NCBI GenBank assembly: GCA_904063045.1 | Contig: CAJFCJ010000028.1 | Location: 935,230 to 999,229 of the forward strand | Source: Dimorphilus gyrociliatus | Taxonomy: Eukaryota; Animalia; Annelida | Direction: 5' to 3' | DNA length: 64,000 nucleotides | Part shown: piece after piece, positions 51,401 through 64,000 of the stretch | Layout: each line of letters begins with the position of its first letter | How positions within the stretch are numbered: the first letter of the stretch is position 1 | Translations under genes and position numbers: made by a program | Notes under the pieces: model-generated | What the model saw: the letters and a program-made list of their open reading frames with translations, nothing else | Databases searched by the model: none | What the model was told of the DNA's origin: nothing

Positions 51401-54400
51401 TATATATAGTATATTTAATATACGTATAAACTAAAACTGGAATTCAATGCATGATTATAAGCTCTACAAGGTTATCCTATATATACAGAATATACTATAT
51501 TTATACTCTAGACGGACAGGAAAGAATCTTGCATTTTTTCCTTGTAAATGATCTATAACAATTGATTTTTGAACCAAAAATGAGAATTAATGAATGGAAA
51601 TGCAAAAATTATTCGTTGAAAGTTTCACCCTTCTCTGTAAAAAAAAAAGAAAACAATAAGATATTTAATCTTTTCCTTTCAATAATTTTTAGTAAATAAA
51701 AGTATTATTTTCGAACAGGAAAATGTGGTTAATAACCCTGATTTCAAACCATAGTGGTATCACTTTAATGGTTCGAGTAAATAAACGAAAAGCGAAAGTA
51801 TGTGCATCATATTCAATAGCGTTGTCGGTCTTGTTGACTATGCCCATTAGACTGCGTTCAACTGTAAATTTTTGCAGTGTTTACACGAGGCGCCCGATTG
51901 ATATGGCGCAGGTGGTGAATGGCAGAAAATTCGCTCTTAATTGGCAAATTTTCAAGATAACTCTCTTTGCCTACAAGTTAAATCTAAAGTGCTTTTCGCC
52001 GTAAGTTTTCCCCTATCCTGTCAAGCTAAGCGTTTAATCCATAGACCTAAACTATTAAATTACACATATAAGTATATAAATATATTTGTTATTCTTTTGT
52101 AATTGATTTAATAAACATTCAAACATTTCAATTCATTCAATAATTTTTTTACTACTTTGAAAATCGGCCTAAAAATTAAAAAGTTGTACACAAATTAAAT
52201 CGTTAACTGTATAAAAACAATCTCAGCATGAATAAAATCATTTTACTTTTGGAACAACAAACTTTAATCGTTTTAATTGGTTACATAATGACTAAAGAGA
52301 TTTAGCAACGAACATCCATTATTCATTATTAAGAATTGAAGTTAAACTTTAAATAATTATCAGTTTTTTAAAATTGCTACAAAATGTAATTATTCTTTAT
52401 TATTATTTAATAAAAAATTGAAAAGATCCTCTTCCCGTAATTTTTTTTCCAATATAAAAATATAAAAGGGGAAACTTTTTGATATTTTGTTATTTTTTTT
52501 TTTTAAAAAAAACCAATTACATAATAATTTGTTTAAGGTTTTTTGTTAAATAAACTTGACATTTGCAAGAAAGAGCCTTTTTGAATATTTCGTTTTATTT
52601 TACAGTATTACTAGAATTTTTAGGTTAGAGTTTTCTCTTTCTTTTCTTTTTGCATACTTTGAATTTAATGTTAAAATATATAACATTAAATACTAATCTT
52701 ATGAATAATATAATCAGAATAAAGACTATTGTTTATATTATATTATATAGGAATGGTTGGTGACTAATCATATTTTTAATATTAATTGACAAGAGCGTAC
52801 TATATTGTTAATTAATAAGGTAATCAATCATCATTTCGATTTTGATAATAAACGATTATATGTATATTAAGAGAGAGTTGAAGATATCCAGCACCTTTTT
52901 TCACGCTTGGAGAAAAATAAATCGGCAGTTTACCAACACCCAATAAAGTCCAGTAATAAAGAGGGATTTATACTGAGAGCCTATAGTCTACTGTATATAT
53001 ATATACAGTATATATATATATATAAATTTATATATAAATTCCAACTATTTACTATAGTTATAATTGTAAACTTAAATTTACTAAAGGAGTGAAATAATAC
53101 TCCTTTTTTTCTCTTTAATCCTTTTCTTTCCTTGTCTTCATTCCAATCGGAGGCTGCTTGTATCGTTTCGTACAACAAAGTGTAAATTTAAAAGTACTTA
53201 GGGAAGTAAGAAAGGAAAATATTAAATAAAAATCAAATATGGATAGCCTAATACAATAAAATTTCCTTTTTGGAGGTTTTTAATGCCGAAAAATAAAAGA
53301 AAATAGATTGAAATGGAAAAGAAAATTTATAATAAAAAGAATTGAGGCGAACTAAAACATTGCCATTTGATACTGAAAGCATGACAATCAACTTTGTCAT
53401 ACATCAAAGTAAATTTTAGAATAGGAAAAAAACTTTCCCCTTTTTCCTAATTTTTCTTTTCTTTAGATTGTTTTCATAGTTTCTATATTTCAATTTTCTC
53501 TTTTCAATTTAATCTTTAAATAATTATTACTATTGATAGTTTCTTTATATTTAGAGAGAGAAGGGGAAAAGATAGAGAGAGAGAGAGAGAGAAGATCGAT
53601 GAAAAAAATAGTCATATTTTCTTTTAATAAAATTTGTCCATAAAGGAGATGAATAAAGATTTATGCAAATTTTTGTTTTCTATTATTATTCGATAAAATT
53701 AAAAATAAAAGTATTTTAGGTCAAATTTTATATTTTGTTTAATAATTCAAGATAAAATTATTGATATGAAAGATGCTCATAAACGTTTCTATTATATAAA
53801 GAATTAAAGCTATATTTCGGTGTTAACATCATCAAAATCATATCAAAGGGTATTGACGTTTATCGCCGTATATCTTCCATAGTTTACGTTGTGGGCGAAT
53901 GGGTTACAGAGCTTTATGCAATTCTGTTATTCCGGAAGTACTCTCAATTAGGAATAGATGTTTTACATACGAGTAAAAAAAGTTTGCCCATTCCTAAAAA
54001 AAATTCTTCTCTCTCTCCCCCTCCCCCCGTTTCTCTCTATCTCTCTCTCTTTCTATATATATATATATATCTTCGTCTATTTTTTATATACTTTTACTCT
54101 TTCTTTTTATTTTGCCAGTATTAGATAATCAACTGTAAAGTGATTTAAAAATGTAGATAAAGCATTAAGTTATCCTTCTTTCCATTAAGTCTTATGATCT
54201 TAATGTTAGATTGTAACTTACGTAAAGATAAAAAAAAGTCTACTTATATCTTATTCAATTATATAAATATAAACAATGTAAACAGTATATGAATGTATAT
54301 AAAAGAAATTAAAAATACGTGTTTCGTTGAGAGTTTCCTGTAAGAACGTATATATATAAAAAAAGAATAATTGAAAATGGGAATTTGAGTAGATTCTTAT

Positions 54401-56446
54401 CGAATCACGTTTGTAAAATAAGTCTATTTATTTTCAGACTTTGTTCTCAAAATATTACAAAGATATTATTTAAATAAAACATTCTTTAATAGGTTCATTT
54501 GTAAAAAATATATATATCCTTTATATTTTACTCAACTACTCATGGATGGGAGAGATAAAATAGATGGAGAAAAAAAACTTTATCTCAAAGTTAATTGACA
54601 AAAAATCAGGCCTAATTAAATAAATAATTGTACTAAGACCGTAAAGGATCTTTTGTTGAAGAGGTAAATAAGTAAAATGGATGGAGAATGTCCGAGAAAA
54701 GAAATATATTTGCTGTATAAGCGTTTTTTAACTTTTCGTTTATCTATTGATGCACTTTCTACAGAAAATTTTGTAAAACTAGTCTGAGCATCAGACTTTT
54801 ATCTGATAAAAAGACACATTGCTTTCCTGAAATTTTCAATCAAATAGATCGCTCTACTTTACCCTTAGAGACTAAGTTCCGTATGTAGGTCTACACTCTT
54901 GCAGACTTAGTATACGTAATCAGTTTGGTGCTTTTTCTTTCCAACCCTCTCTCTCTCTCTCTCTCTTATGCGCTGAAACCTATAGTCCTAAAGCGCTTTA
55001 CAACGATAATTTCGCACAAAATCATGAACTCGGTCTTCCGGATCAAATCGCTTCGTTTGCTCAATGCCAAAGAGTAATGATTTTTCAAGTTAACTCTGAT
55101 GATCATTAATAACAAATACATTTTTATGAAACATTAGAAAAGTAAAAATAGTAACGAATCGTGAAAAATCGATGCTTTTACGGTAAATTTATAGTCACTA
55201 TCAACAATAAATAGACCATGTGTCAGAGACAGAATCCATCAGGTGTTTTTTGATGCTAAATTTGCTAAATTATTATCATCAAGCGGCTATTACATAGCGC
55301 TTAATAACTGGTTAAAAAGACGAATGCGATTCTAGGGAAAAATCACGACTCTTCGCCTATATGAGAACTTTTAATAAAAGAGTTAAAATAATAATAAGCT
55401 GTTGGAAAAAAAACATTCACTTGTTAAATAAAATAGGATTATTTAAATAATCCTTCAACAAAATTTGTATTAGCTTTTAGGCACTTTTACAAGGATTAAT
55501 AGCCGAATAGGTGGTATGGACCATAACAGATTTTCAACACCCATCTAGCTCTTTCACTTAAGGTTGAGTTTTCGCAATTAAATCACGTGACCCCACTTAT
55601 TTAACTCTTACGATAATCACGATGTAAAAATTACTGTTAACCTCCTCTTCCCGCCGGGAAAAATTGAAAAGAGATCAAGTTTTCTTTTCATTTTCCTTTC
55701 AGATTATGAATTAATTGATTGAATGTTATTTTTCTTTATTAGATGGATTTAGACGGATAAGAGGGGATTTTGATAATAGATTTGCCCTTTTACAACCAAC
55801 TACCTTCAATTAAGGATAGATGATAAATTATAGTTTGCAATCAGTTCAATATCTACTTTTATATTGTCTATTAAGAAATTATAATAAATTATCATACATT
55901 ACCTATAGTAGTGATTACAGTAACTGAAAACAGCAAAGCTCCCGGAAAGGTCCAAACTAAATCGTCTTCATTATCTTTAGCCAAAGCTTTCCTTTTCGAG
56001 CCTAGTTCCTTAGCCGGCTTAGGCGTGGTTTTAAGTTGTTCTTGCTGAAATCTTCTATATCCATCCCACCAAGAATTTTCAAATCTCTCCAATAATCTAC
56101 TTGCATTTTTCTTCCATTTCTCCTCAAAAAGAACATTATATTCCCTTGTCATTTTCCACAATAATTCAACAGTTTTTTGCCTTTCCTTAGCAAAGTTGGA
56201 ATATTCATATATTTTATAATTATCTGCCGTAGAATTTGTTAAATTCGTCAAAGTATTATTTCTTTGTAATTTCATTTTAATTTCATAAGGCTGTTCCAAT
56301 TCTACGAAAACGAAGCCTCCTAATATAGTATAACCTACTAATAGACAACAGAGTCCCACTGTTGAAAACAGAAAAGCTAAAAAATTCTTGCAACAAGTCG
56401 CGCATTTTCGACGAATAGGAACAATTTCTTCCTCCAAGTCAGCCAT
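48458..56446 (-). CDS. Two-pore-domain potassium channel (K2P/TWK family), 3 coding exons (56446-55903, 49395-49000, 48720-48458)
   Basis: M1 LVGYTILGGFVF; P1 WTFPGALLFSVTVITTIG|YGH; M2 YALVGIPLTLL; P2 YFCFITLTTIGFGDFVP; M4 FGLALIAMCFNLMQEEV; intron 1 is 6507 nt. Confidence 0.95.
51733..51999 (+). ncRNA. Candidate structured non-coding RNA, antisense within K2P intron 1
   Basis: Nested helices found by eye: AACCAT/ATGGTT, CGAAAAGC/GCTTTTCG, GTCGG/TTGAC, ACTGTAA/TTGCAGT, GCGCC/GGCGC, and a three-way junction GGCA[GAAAATT/AATTTTC][AAGA/TCTT]TGCC. G-U pairs form only on the + strand. No family assignment. Confidence 0.35.
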
Positions 56447-59024
56447 CGGCGATTCGACGATTAATGATATCGAAACGATAGTTGCGCCTTCTAACGGTCG
56501 TAAAAGTTATTAGCTTTTTCAATTAATCCATTCTTGGAAAACATGAATACTTTTTATCTTTTGTCTTAAAATTTCAAAAATTTCATTAACATTGTTTTCA
56601 TTATAAATAGAATGTATAGTCTTTTTTTTTCCTTTTACATTTATTGAACGGAAAGAAATGTTGTCATTTTATTCATCAAAACTTATTTTTCCAAGAAGAA
56701 TATCGCTAGGAGAAAGTCCTCTTTTTACCCTTCAAAAAAATGTGTGGTTTTTATTTCCCTTCCTTTTCTCTTTCTACTTCATTCTTGTATTTTTTTTTGT
56801 ATAATAGTTTATTATTAATATAGTCTAGACGCCACATTCCTATCCTTAGGTAAAATTTTTGGTTATTTCTTGAAAAGAAAACAATGATATTCGGCCAAAG
56901 ATATGAATCTTTCATTCTTAGAAAAAGGAATCTTTGAAGAGAGATACGGAGATGTTAATTATATGTATTTTATTAAAATTATTCAAAATTTCCAGCATTC
57001 AACTATACAACATTTTATCGTTAAAATCCAATTCCTCTAATGATACTATTATGTGAATAAAATGGAATTTTGTTTTTTAAAGAAAATAGAGAGAGAGAGA
57101 GAGGGAGGGAGAGAGAGAAAATAAGAAAGATTGAAGGGAGAAAGATATCAATTATTAAAAAAAAAGTAAAAAAATTTCACCATTAATTGACATCGTTGTT
57201 GATAAATTTATAAAGAAGCAGAGAGGGTATCCGTTAATACCACGTTTCTGATTGGTTACAGGCTACTCCCTAAGATAACAGTAATAGGCCTATTTTCGGT
57301 ATTATATAGTTTAAGATCGTGTGAGAAAAGTTGTCGGAATCTGGACGAAGAGATGTATATATATATTTTGTTGTAGTAATAAATAGAAAAAAGAGTTTCA
57401 GCTGAATTTTATCTTTTAATTTTTTACATATACATATATACAGTGTATAATAGCTTAATATAATCGATATAATGTATTTCGTTTCTTTAAACGATTATTC
57501 ATTTAAATATTCATAAATTGCTTTGAATATCTTTTCCAGTTGTTAACTTATGATAATAAAGATACATTAAAAAGAAAGTTTAATTAGAAATATACTAATC
57601 AATAATTCGTTTGATATGTTTATATAAAGCGTAACGAAAGAAATAGTTAAGATCGTATTACATCATCAATTATGCAGAACAAACAATAAAATATCATTTT
57701 TTTGGATTAAAAACAACTTCTTTTTAATTAATGAAACAAGGAATAGTGCCAAAAAAAGAGAAGAGAGATAAAAGATTGCGCAATAGTTCAGAGAATTCAT
57801 ACAAAGAGATTTGAAAAAACGTCTTTGCGGTTATTAGTATTAGCAGTTTATATCTGTTATGGACATCTTAACAATCGAGAATAAGTTTTAGCTTTCTGCA
57901 TGATATTTTTGAAGTATCTATTAGATATCGGAAATTGATATTTTTTCTATTATCGTGGAATAGCTCTTTTTGTATAGCAGTCAGAATTTGCCTTGTTCCT
58001 TTACATTTGAAATAAAGCTGATGAAGGAAGAAACTAGGAAAAGAGAGAGAGAATGTCGGAGGGCACTTTAAATTTGTTACATACTCTTCACTGTTTATCC
58101 AAGTAATTATTACATTTTCAGATGATAGTTAACAGTTGTTCACTCTAGTTGAGACTTAATATTACAAAATGACAGGAGAAAAGGGAGGAAATTGTTACAT
58201 CTTTCTCTTGCGCATCGCTCCTCTTTATTTCTTCTTATCTTTCTATTTACAAGAAAATTTCTTGGAATCTGATAAAGTTTAATTGCGAAAAAAACATAAA
58301 GTAGTTGATTGACTAAAACCTGTACACAGTAAGAATGTTTGTATGGTGGGTCGTTATTCAAATAAACAAATGCCTTGTCGGTCCGCTTCAGCCAATTTGC
58401 AAGATACCAGACAGGAGAATTTTACAGAGACGCAAGAAATCTGCTATTTTTGTAATATAGGCTGAGTTTTTTGTTCCTATGGCAAAGGAATACTTGCCCT
58501 TTTTCAAATCAAATATACAAAGAAGATGGAAGATTTTAAATAGACTTTGCTGTGTTTTTAGTATTTTCTTCTCTTTTTAACCTCAAGATTCCATTTGATC
58601 ATAAACTTTGTCATTTACTTTCTTTTTCTTGGACTCTTACGAAAGAATAAAGAATTTTCCATCGATTCTAAATAAAAAAAACCTATCAAACTAGGTTTTG
58701 CAACTAGACTATTAGCGCTCCTTTTCATCAATTTAACATTGACAGGTTGAATATTTGTTAATAGGATAGCAATATAACGTTTTGAGATGGAAAGTCTAAT
58801 CCCTATAATATAACGCTAATAGCCAAAACCATCAAAAGATTACAAGAATGCTGCTGAATAGGCTAAATCTGTAATAGAAGAATAGTTTCCTTGACATGTA
58901 CATCTCAAGATGAAATACAGAAAAATTATTTGAAATCCTACAAAAATTGTCCATTTATATCAGATGAGATTACTAAATAAGAGATTTTGTACTCTGTTTC
59001 TTTTTATGATGCTTATCCAAAAGA

Positions 59025-59027
<3 letters not shown>

Positions 59028-59069
<42 letters not shown>
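59028..59069. repeat. (AT)n microsatellite
   Basis: About 21 AT units read directly. Confidence 0.95.
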
Positions 59070-59071
<2 letters not shown>

Positions 59072-59300
59072 TTTATACTATACACATACAAATATTTCGT
59101 ATTTTATTTTATAAATATATCAAGGTCAGTCAATGGTGAAGCAAACTCCAAACAAGAAATTTCTTTTCCCCTTCCATCTGTTTTACTTTTTCAAGAATAT
59201 AAACAAAAACAATAATTACTAGCGAATGCAAAATAAGATGATAAAGCGGTGTATAGCTATTTGGATTACTGCAATAACTAATTCATTGCTAAGTAGACGG

Positions 59301-59337
<37 letters not shown>

Positions 59338-61786
59338 TGAGTGGGAAAGGAGGAGGGGAGGGGGGAGACAGAGTGTAAAAGAGAGATGATATGAAATGAG
59401 TGTGAGAGAGAGAAAAAGAAGAATGGCAAGAGTCGGACAGAAAGAGATAGAAGATTGATAGGTAAATTGTTACGACAGTTAATTCGGTAAAAGTCCTATT
59501 TGTTAATATGATTGATGAAAATTTCATTAACTTATGAAAAGTAATCTTATGCATTGTTTAAAATAAAAATTAGTTAAACAATTTCATTAATTTCTTACCA
59601 ATCAATTAGTTGATTAACGTAAATAGCTAATTAATTAATAACCATATTTATAATTATAACAATAACCAAGGAGAAGCAAACAACTATATAAAATAAGAAG
59701 AAAACTACGAGTTGAAGTAAAAATTTGCAGTACAGTACAAGTTTGAATTAAACTTTTGGCTTGCTGAAATATTTTCCATATGTTTTTGAAATTTAGCTCT
59801 AAAATAGCTATACTAACTAACTAACTACTTAATCAGTTGGTTGAATAGAAAAGGCAGAAATTCTTTCTAAAATGAAAGTTTCTCTTTAAATTAAGGATAA
59901 GATAACAAATAGAATAAGAATAATTTTAATTTTAATATAAACACTAATTATATATTTGGTTTGAATCATTACTGTAAAATTTTATGCGTATTTGTTTACG
60001 CTTCTATTACTTTAATGAGAAACTGTAGCTAGTAGATAAACATGCCAAAAATATACCAACTAAAGATAAATTTTAGACATTTTTCTTCCTTTTTCTACAT
60101 TTCTCTTGATGTTTTATTATTGTTATTATTAAGTTTTATCTGCTTCTAAGCTTTTGTACTTATCTTACATAAACATAATCCAATAACCAATTTTTAATTA
60201 GCTAATGAATATTCAAATAAATTTAAAATAAAAATATTTAAAGTATAGTTAATGGATTGTTGAGTATAGATTAAAATAAGTGCATAGTAGCCATCTAATT
60301 CAAATATTTAGATAAAAAAAAACAAAATAAGTCAATTTTTTTCAAGTTTTCATATTAATAATAATTAATAGATATGCAGTCTACAGCCTATATATATATA
60401 TATAGAGAGAGAGAGATATTTAAATGATTATACGATGTATTTTCTAGGATCGTTACGTAATATTACAAATTGATAAAGTTAATATCTTCAATATAAATAG
60501 GGATTGCTGTTGACAAACACATTAAATATATTCCTTTTTATTGGTTGTTAAACAGAGCAAAAAAATAGACCAACTCATGTTCTGTTGTTCAATTACGAAA
60601 ATGTACAATTTCTAGTTCTGATGAATAGTTTAAAAACTTGACATAAAATAATATTATTATTACTATTTAAACGATTATAGATACTTTTACTTCATTTACT
60701 AATTCCAATGTGCTGTTCTTTGGAGGAAGAGAAAGAAAGAAAGAGAGAGAGAGAGAGAAAAGGAAAAGAATACACCCTCTATATTCTTTAATATCTACTA
60801 AAATTTTCATTGTTTGTATGTTTTTATATATACATATAAGAAAACTTTCAGCTTTTACCGCCATTTTATAAAATGTTTACTATTCCTGAGGGCATCAGAA
60901 GTAAATCTATAGGCTTTTATCTACAGTATCTTCCTTAGACCGAGAATTTTCCAACCTCAATCTCCCTTTCCCCTCCTCCAGCTCCTCTGTCCCACTCCCC
61001 TTTTATTGCCTATGAATTCGTCGTAAATCATGGAATGAACTTTAATTATATAGTACTCCTTGATTATATAGTATATAGGAAAGCTTAAATGATCCGTAAT
61101 TACAAATTATCCGAGTGGGCGGATAAACAGATAAAAAAATAGTTCATTAGATATATTCATACGCATTATGTAATCTTTTATGAATAATATATTTAAAGAA
61201 ATTATTAGTATCTAGTAATTTATACTTTCTTTGCATCAATAAAACTAAATTACGACGGCTGAACATTTTATATAAAGTACTTGGAATAAAAAGACAAGAA
61301 TAAGGAAATGGAGGATGTAGAACCAGCAGGACAATACAAGTTTAAATATATCGACTTACAATGTTGAATAAAAATTTTCCATGTTTTATTTTACCTATTC
61401 AAACTTTTTTTATGGCTTTAAGCCAATAGAAAACGTCGAAAAATCTAAAAATAGATGATAAGGGAAAGAGAATATTCTTTATTTGTAGTTTTATACACTT
61501 AACTACGTTCATTTAATCTATTAAAAGTCTTTTACTTTCCTTTTCACCTCCCACCTTCCCTCCCTTCATAGGTAATATTTTTATGTTTTTTCACATAAGT
61601 TAATTTAAACTTTTATACTCTAATCTTTTAACTTAGTTTATAATAAAGCAAATCTTTTTAATAAGACTTCTCCTCTATAAGTTTATCCGATTACTATAAT
61701 TTATTACAGAAGAACCAAATCTTTCTCTCTTTCTCCTCCACTCCCGCCCTCCAATTTCTCTCCTTGTCTGTTTATATCAATAGTTT

Positions 61787-61802
61787 CTCCATCTAGTGGC
61801 GA
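61787..61802 (-). promoter_or_regulatory. CTCF-like motif between the K2P 5' region and the GPCR 3' end
   Basis: Minus strand reads TCGCCACTAGATGGAG versus the consensus CGCCACTAGATGGCAG. Confidence 0.45.
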
Positions 61803-62668
61803 CTCTTTGAAATTGTTTGTGTAGTATATTTATCTTGAAAAAAGAAAAAAAGGAAATTTAAGTGGCGATGAAGTTGACATTTCTGTTGTGTTTCTTGTTA
61901 ATTGAGAAGAGATTTATTTTAATTAGAGGATAAAGAGAATTATAACGGTAAAAGGTTTGAAACTTATCGATTCTGTCTGCATGTCTGCTTTAGTAGAAAA
62001 AAAAATAGTTGGAAACGTTCCCATATTTATTTTTCTTCATTTGAAAGTTGTTGAATAGTTTACACCTAGGCATAAACTAAGAGGAGAATCGGTATAGGAG
62101 CCATTTTAAATACTAATCAGAACAAGTTGGAAAAACGAAAAGTAGAGGTAAAAATATTCCTTACATAGCATTTTTGTACTCTACTATGTAAATACAGGTG
62201 TTAATCTTTTATTCATAAAAACAATGTTTTATCGAATCTCTGATATTTCTTGTAAGAGTCATTGATTAATTTGTTTCTATTATCATTTTACTAAGTAAAA
62301 TAAATCTTTGGTTTGCAAGTTTATTCACACGAATATATAACAAATGTAAAAGAGAGTAAAATAAGTAATTAGGTACACTACCTATTTTATACAATATACA
62401 GTATATATACATTAACCTTGAATGGAAATTAGGTCGATTTACAGAAATATAAAAAAATAGAAGAGAGAACAAAAATGAATAATGAGCATCTTCCAGATAA
62501 CCAATATAGTTAGACACCTGTCTTAAAGAATTTAAGTAACATAAAAGTTATAGGTAGAAAAAGATACTCTCTTCTCACTTATTAAACAACAAGCATATGT
62601 TGATTAAAAAGTAATGTTCAGAAGAAGAAGAATGAGGAAAAGGATGTGATGAAAGAGGAGGATGAATA

Positions 62669-63926
62669 TCAACCAATAATCGTATTCTCTTTTTTAAAAC
62701 ATAATCTTAGTGGTTTAAATAACTGTTTAAAGTATTCGTTAATCCTTTTTCTGAATTGTTCTTGAAGTATTATATATATAAAACAGTTTGTGCAATTGTT
62801 TAAATAAAATGTATCGTGCAGTATTAAATATTTTGGTATTATACTAAATGTACCAAGCCAGAATGGTATCCATGAAACTATAAATATAACAGTTATACCA
62901 AATAGCATACTTGCTGATTTAATTTGAATTTTTAATGAAGATAATGACGTTGACCCAATTTCTTGAGCTGAAAAAGAGATAAGAAGATAATCTACTGAAA
63001 TATTTACAACACGTGTTAAGATTAATGCCTTACTATTTCTATTTTCTGCTGTTTGTCCGTTGAAGCCGGTCCGCCTAGATCGCTTAACTCTTTTATAGAT
63101 AACTATATAGATTGATGTATAAGAGAAGATAATTTCAGCAACGACAAATAGAAACGTAAAGACAAATAGTATGCCAACTAGAAGAGGCCCTATTCTACCC
63201 GTCATATGACAAATAAACTTTCCAGTTTTTTCATTTACTTCATAATCAAAAAAGACGCCGGTGAGCGTTCCAGCAATGAGAGTACTAGAGAAAACATTAA
63301 CCAAGTTTATAATCATTACGTGTTTCTTTTGTAGAATGTGAGGTTTACGAACGGAGAACCTAATGTAATTTCCAGCGGGTAACATATTAATTGTGCAATT
63401 TCTTTTATATACTTATATAATATTTTTTATATGAGAAAGAAAGACCGAGATAGATTTAGTATGTATAATCTTTTGAAACTTTTTAATATAATATCATTTT
63501 TATTACTCTACAAAGAAAGAACTTTTTCCTTTTCAGTTATTTCTAAGACATAATGAGGCATTTATACATTTTTTCCTTTCTATTATCCATTGGAAATTAC
63601 GCAAACCATCTTTCAAGAGCAACCGAACCAACTGTCGTTACCGAATAGGCGGCTAATGAAAAACTTACTGCCATTAGAGATTTACACAAGTATACTTTAT
63701 TTAAAAGTCCAATCTGTAAACAAATTGCTATTGGAATTGCTAATAAACAATTTAGTAAATCCACGATAGCTAATATTTTAATTAAAAAATTTGAAGAAGT
63801 TGACGACTTTATTCCTTCTGGATAGAATATAATGATTAATAAATTAGAAGGTATACCAATTAGCATGTAGGAAGACATAACTATAATATAAGCCAAGAGA
63901 GATGTACTTATAACGACAGCCATCAT
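62669..63926 (-). CDS. Class A (rhodopsin-like) orphan GPCR, 2-3 coding exons
   Basis: TM1 IGIPSN, TM2 ILAIVDLLNC, TM3 LCK...VALERWF, TM6 FIVSWIPFW, TM7 YLNNCTNCFIY and helix 8 FRKRI. One intron lies between about 63600 and 63362; a probable in-frame 66-nt intron lies at 63033-62968. Confidence 0.88.
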
Positions 63927-64000
63927 TGTAATGTTGTAAGAATATTATTTATGCTAATCAGATCACATATTTTTAAGTCTCTTGCTATATTTTCTCTTAC

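Noticed and set aside
51723-52004. 93-aa plus-strand ORF over the structured element
   Set aside because: Non-ATG start and no recognisable protein features; base-pairing explains the composition better.
50095-60864. Multiple 60-110 aa ORFs rich in F/L/S/I/Y (e.g. 50095, 52907, 53891, 58964, 59219, 60667)
   Set aside because: Translations of (CT)n, (TA)n and AT-rich low-complexity DNA with no domain-like character.
1-64000. CRISPR arrays, rRNA, prokaryotic operons or defence systems, autonomous transposons
   Set aside because: The sequence is spliced eukaryotic DNA. No regularly spaced repeat-spacer array, rRNA motif, transposase or reverse transcriptase ORF was seen.

Overview
AT-rich eukaryotic (animal) genomic DNA with GT-AG genes and mostly short (about 45-100 nt) introns. 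The style suggests a compact-genome invertebrate, possibly a lophotrochozoan or annelid; that is a guess and cannot be proved from this window. Gene order, left to right: two tandem, highly diverged TRPA-like ankyrin/TRP channel genes (-, the first truncated by the left edge); an orphan 119-aa secreted protein (+); an intronless GT92/DUF23 glycosyltransferase (+); a divergent type II pantothenate kinase (+); a 53-aa single-TM smORF (+); a RING + NHL-like propeller gene (-); an OSBPL3/6/7-type oxysterol-binding protein with two candidate first coding exons (-); WAC (+); eIF4B (-); tRNA-Gly(TCC) (+); a two-pore K+ channel with a 6.5-kb intron (-); and a class A GPCR (-). No CRISPR array, rRNA or autonomous transposon was recognised. 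The most notable unexplained signal is a ~270-nt block inside the K2P intron, antisense to the host gene, that can be folded by eye into a nested multibranch RNA with G-U pairs favouring the + strand; it has weak telomerase-RNA-like hints. Also notable are the PanK with a substituted active-site arginine and three CTCF-like motifs between genes. All exon structures and alignments were derived by eye and are approximate.
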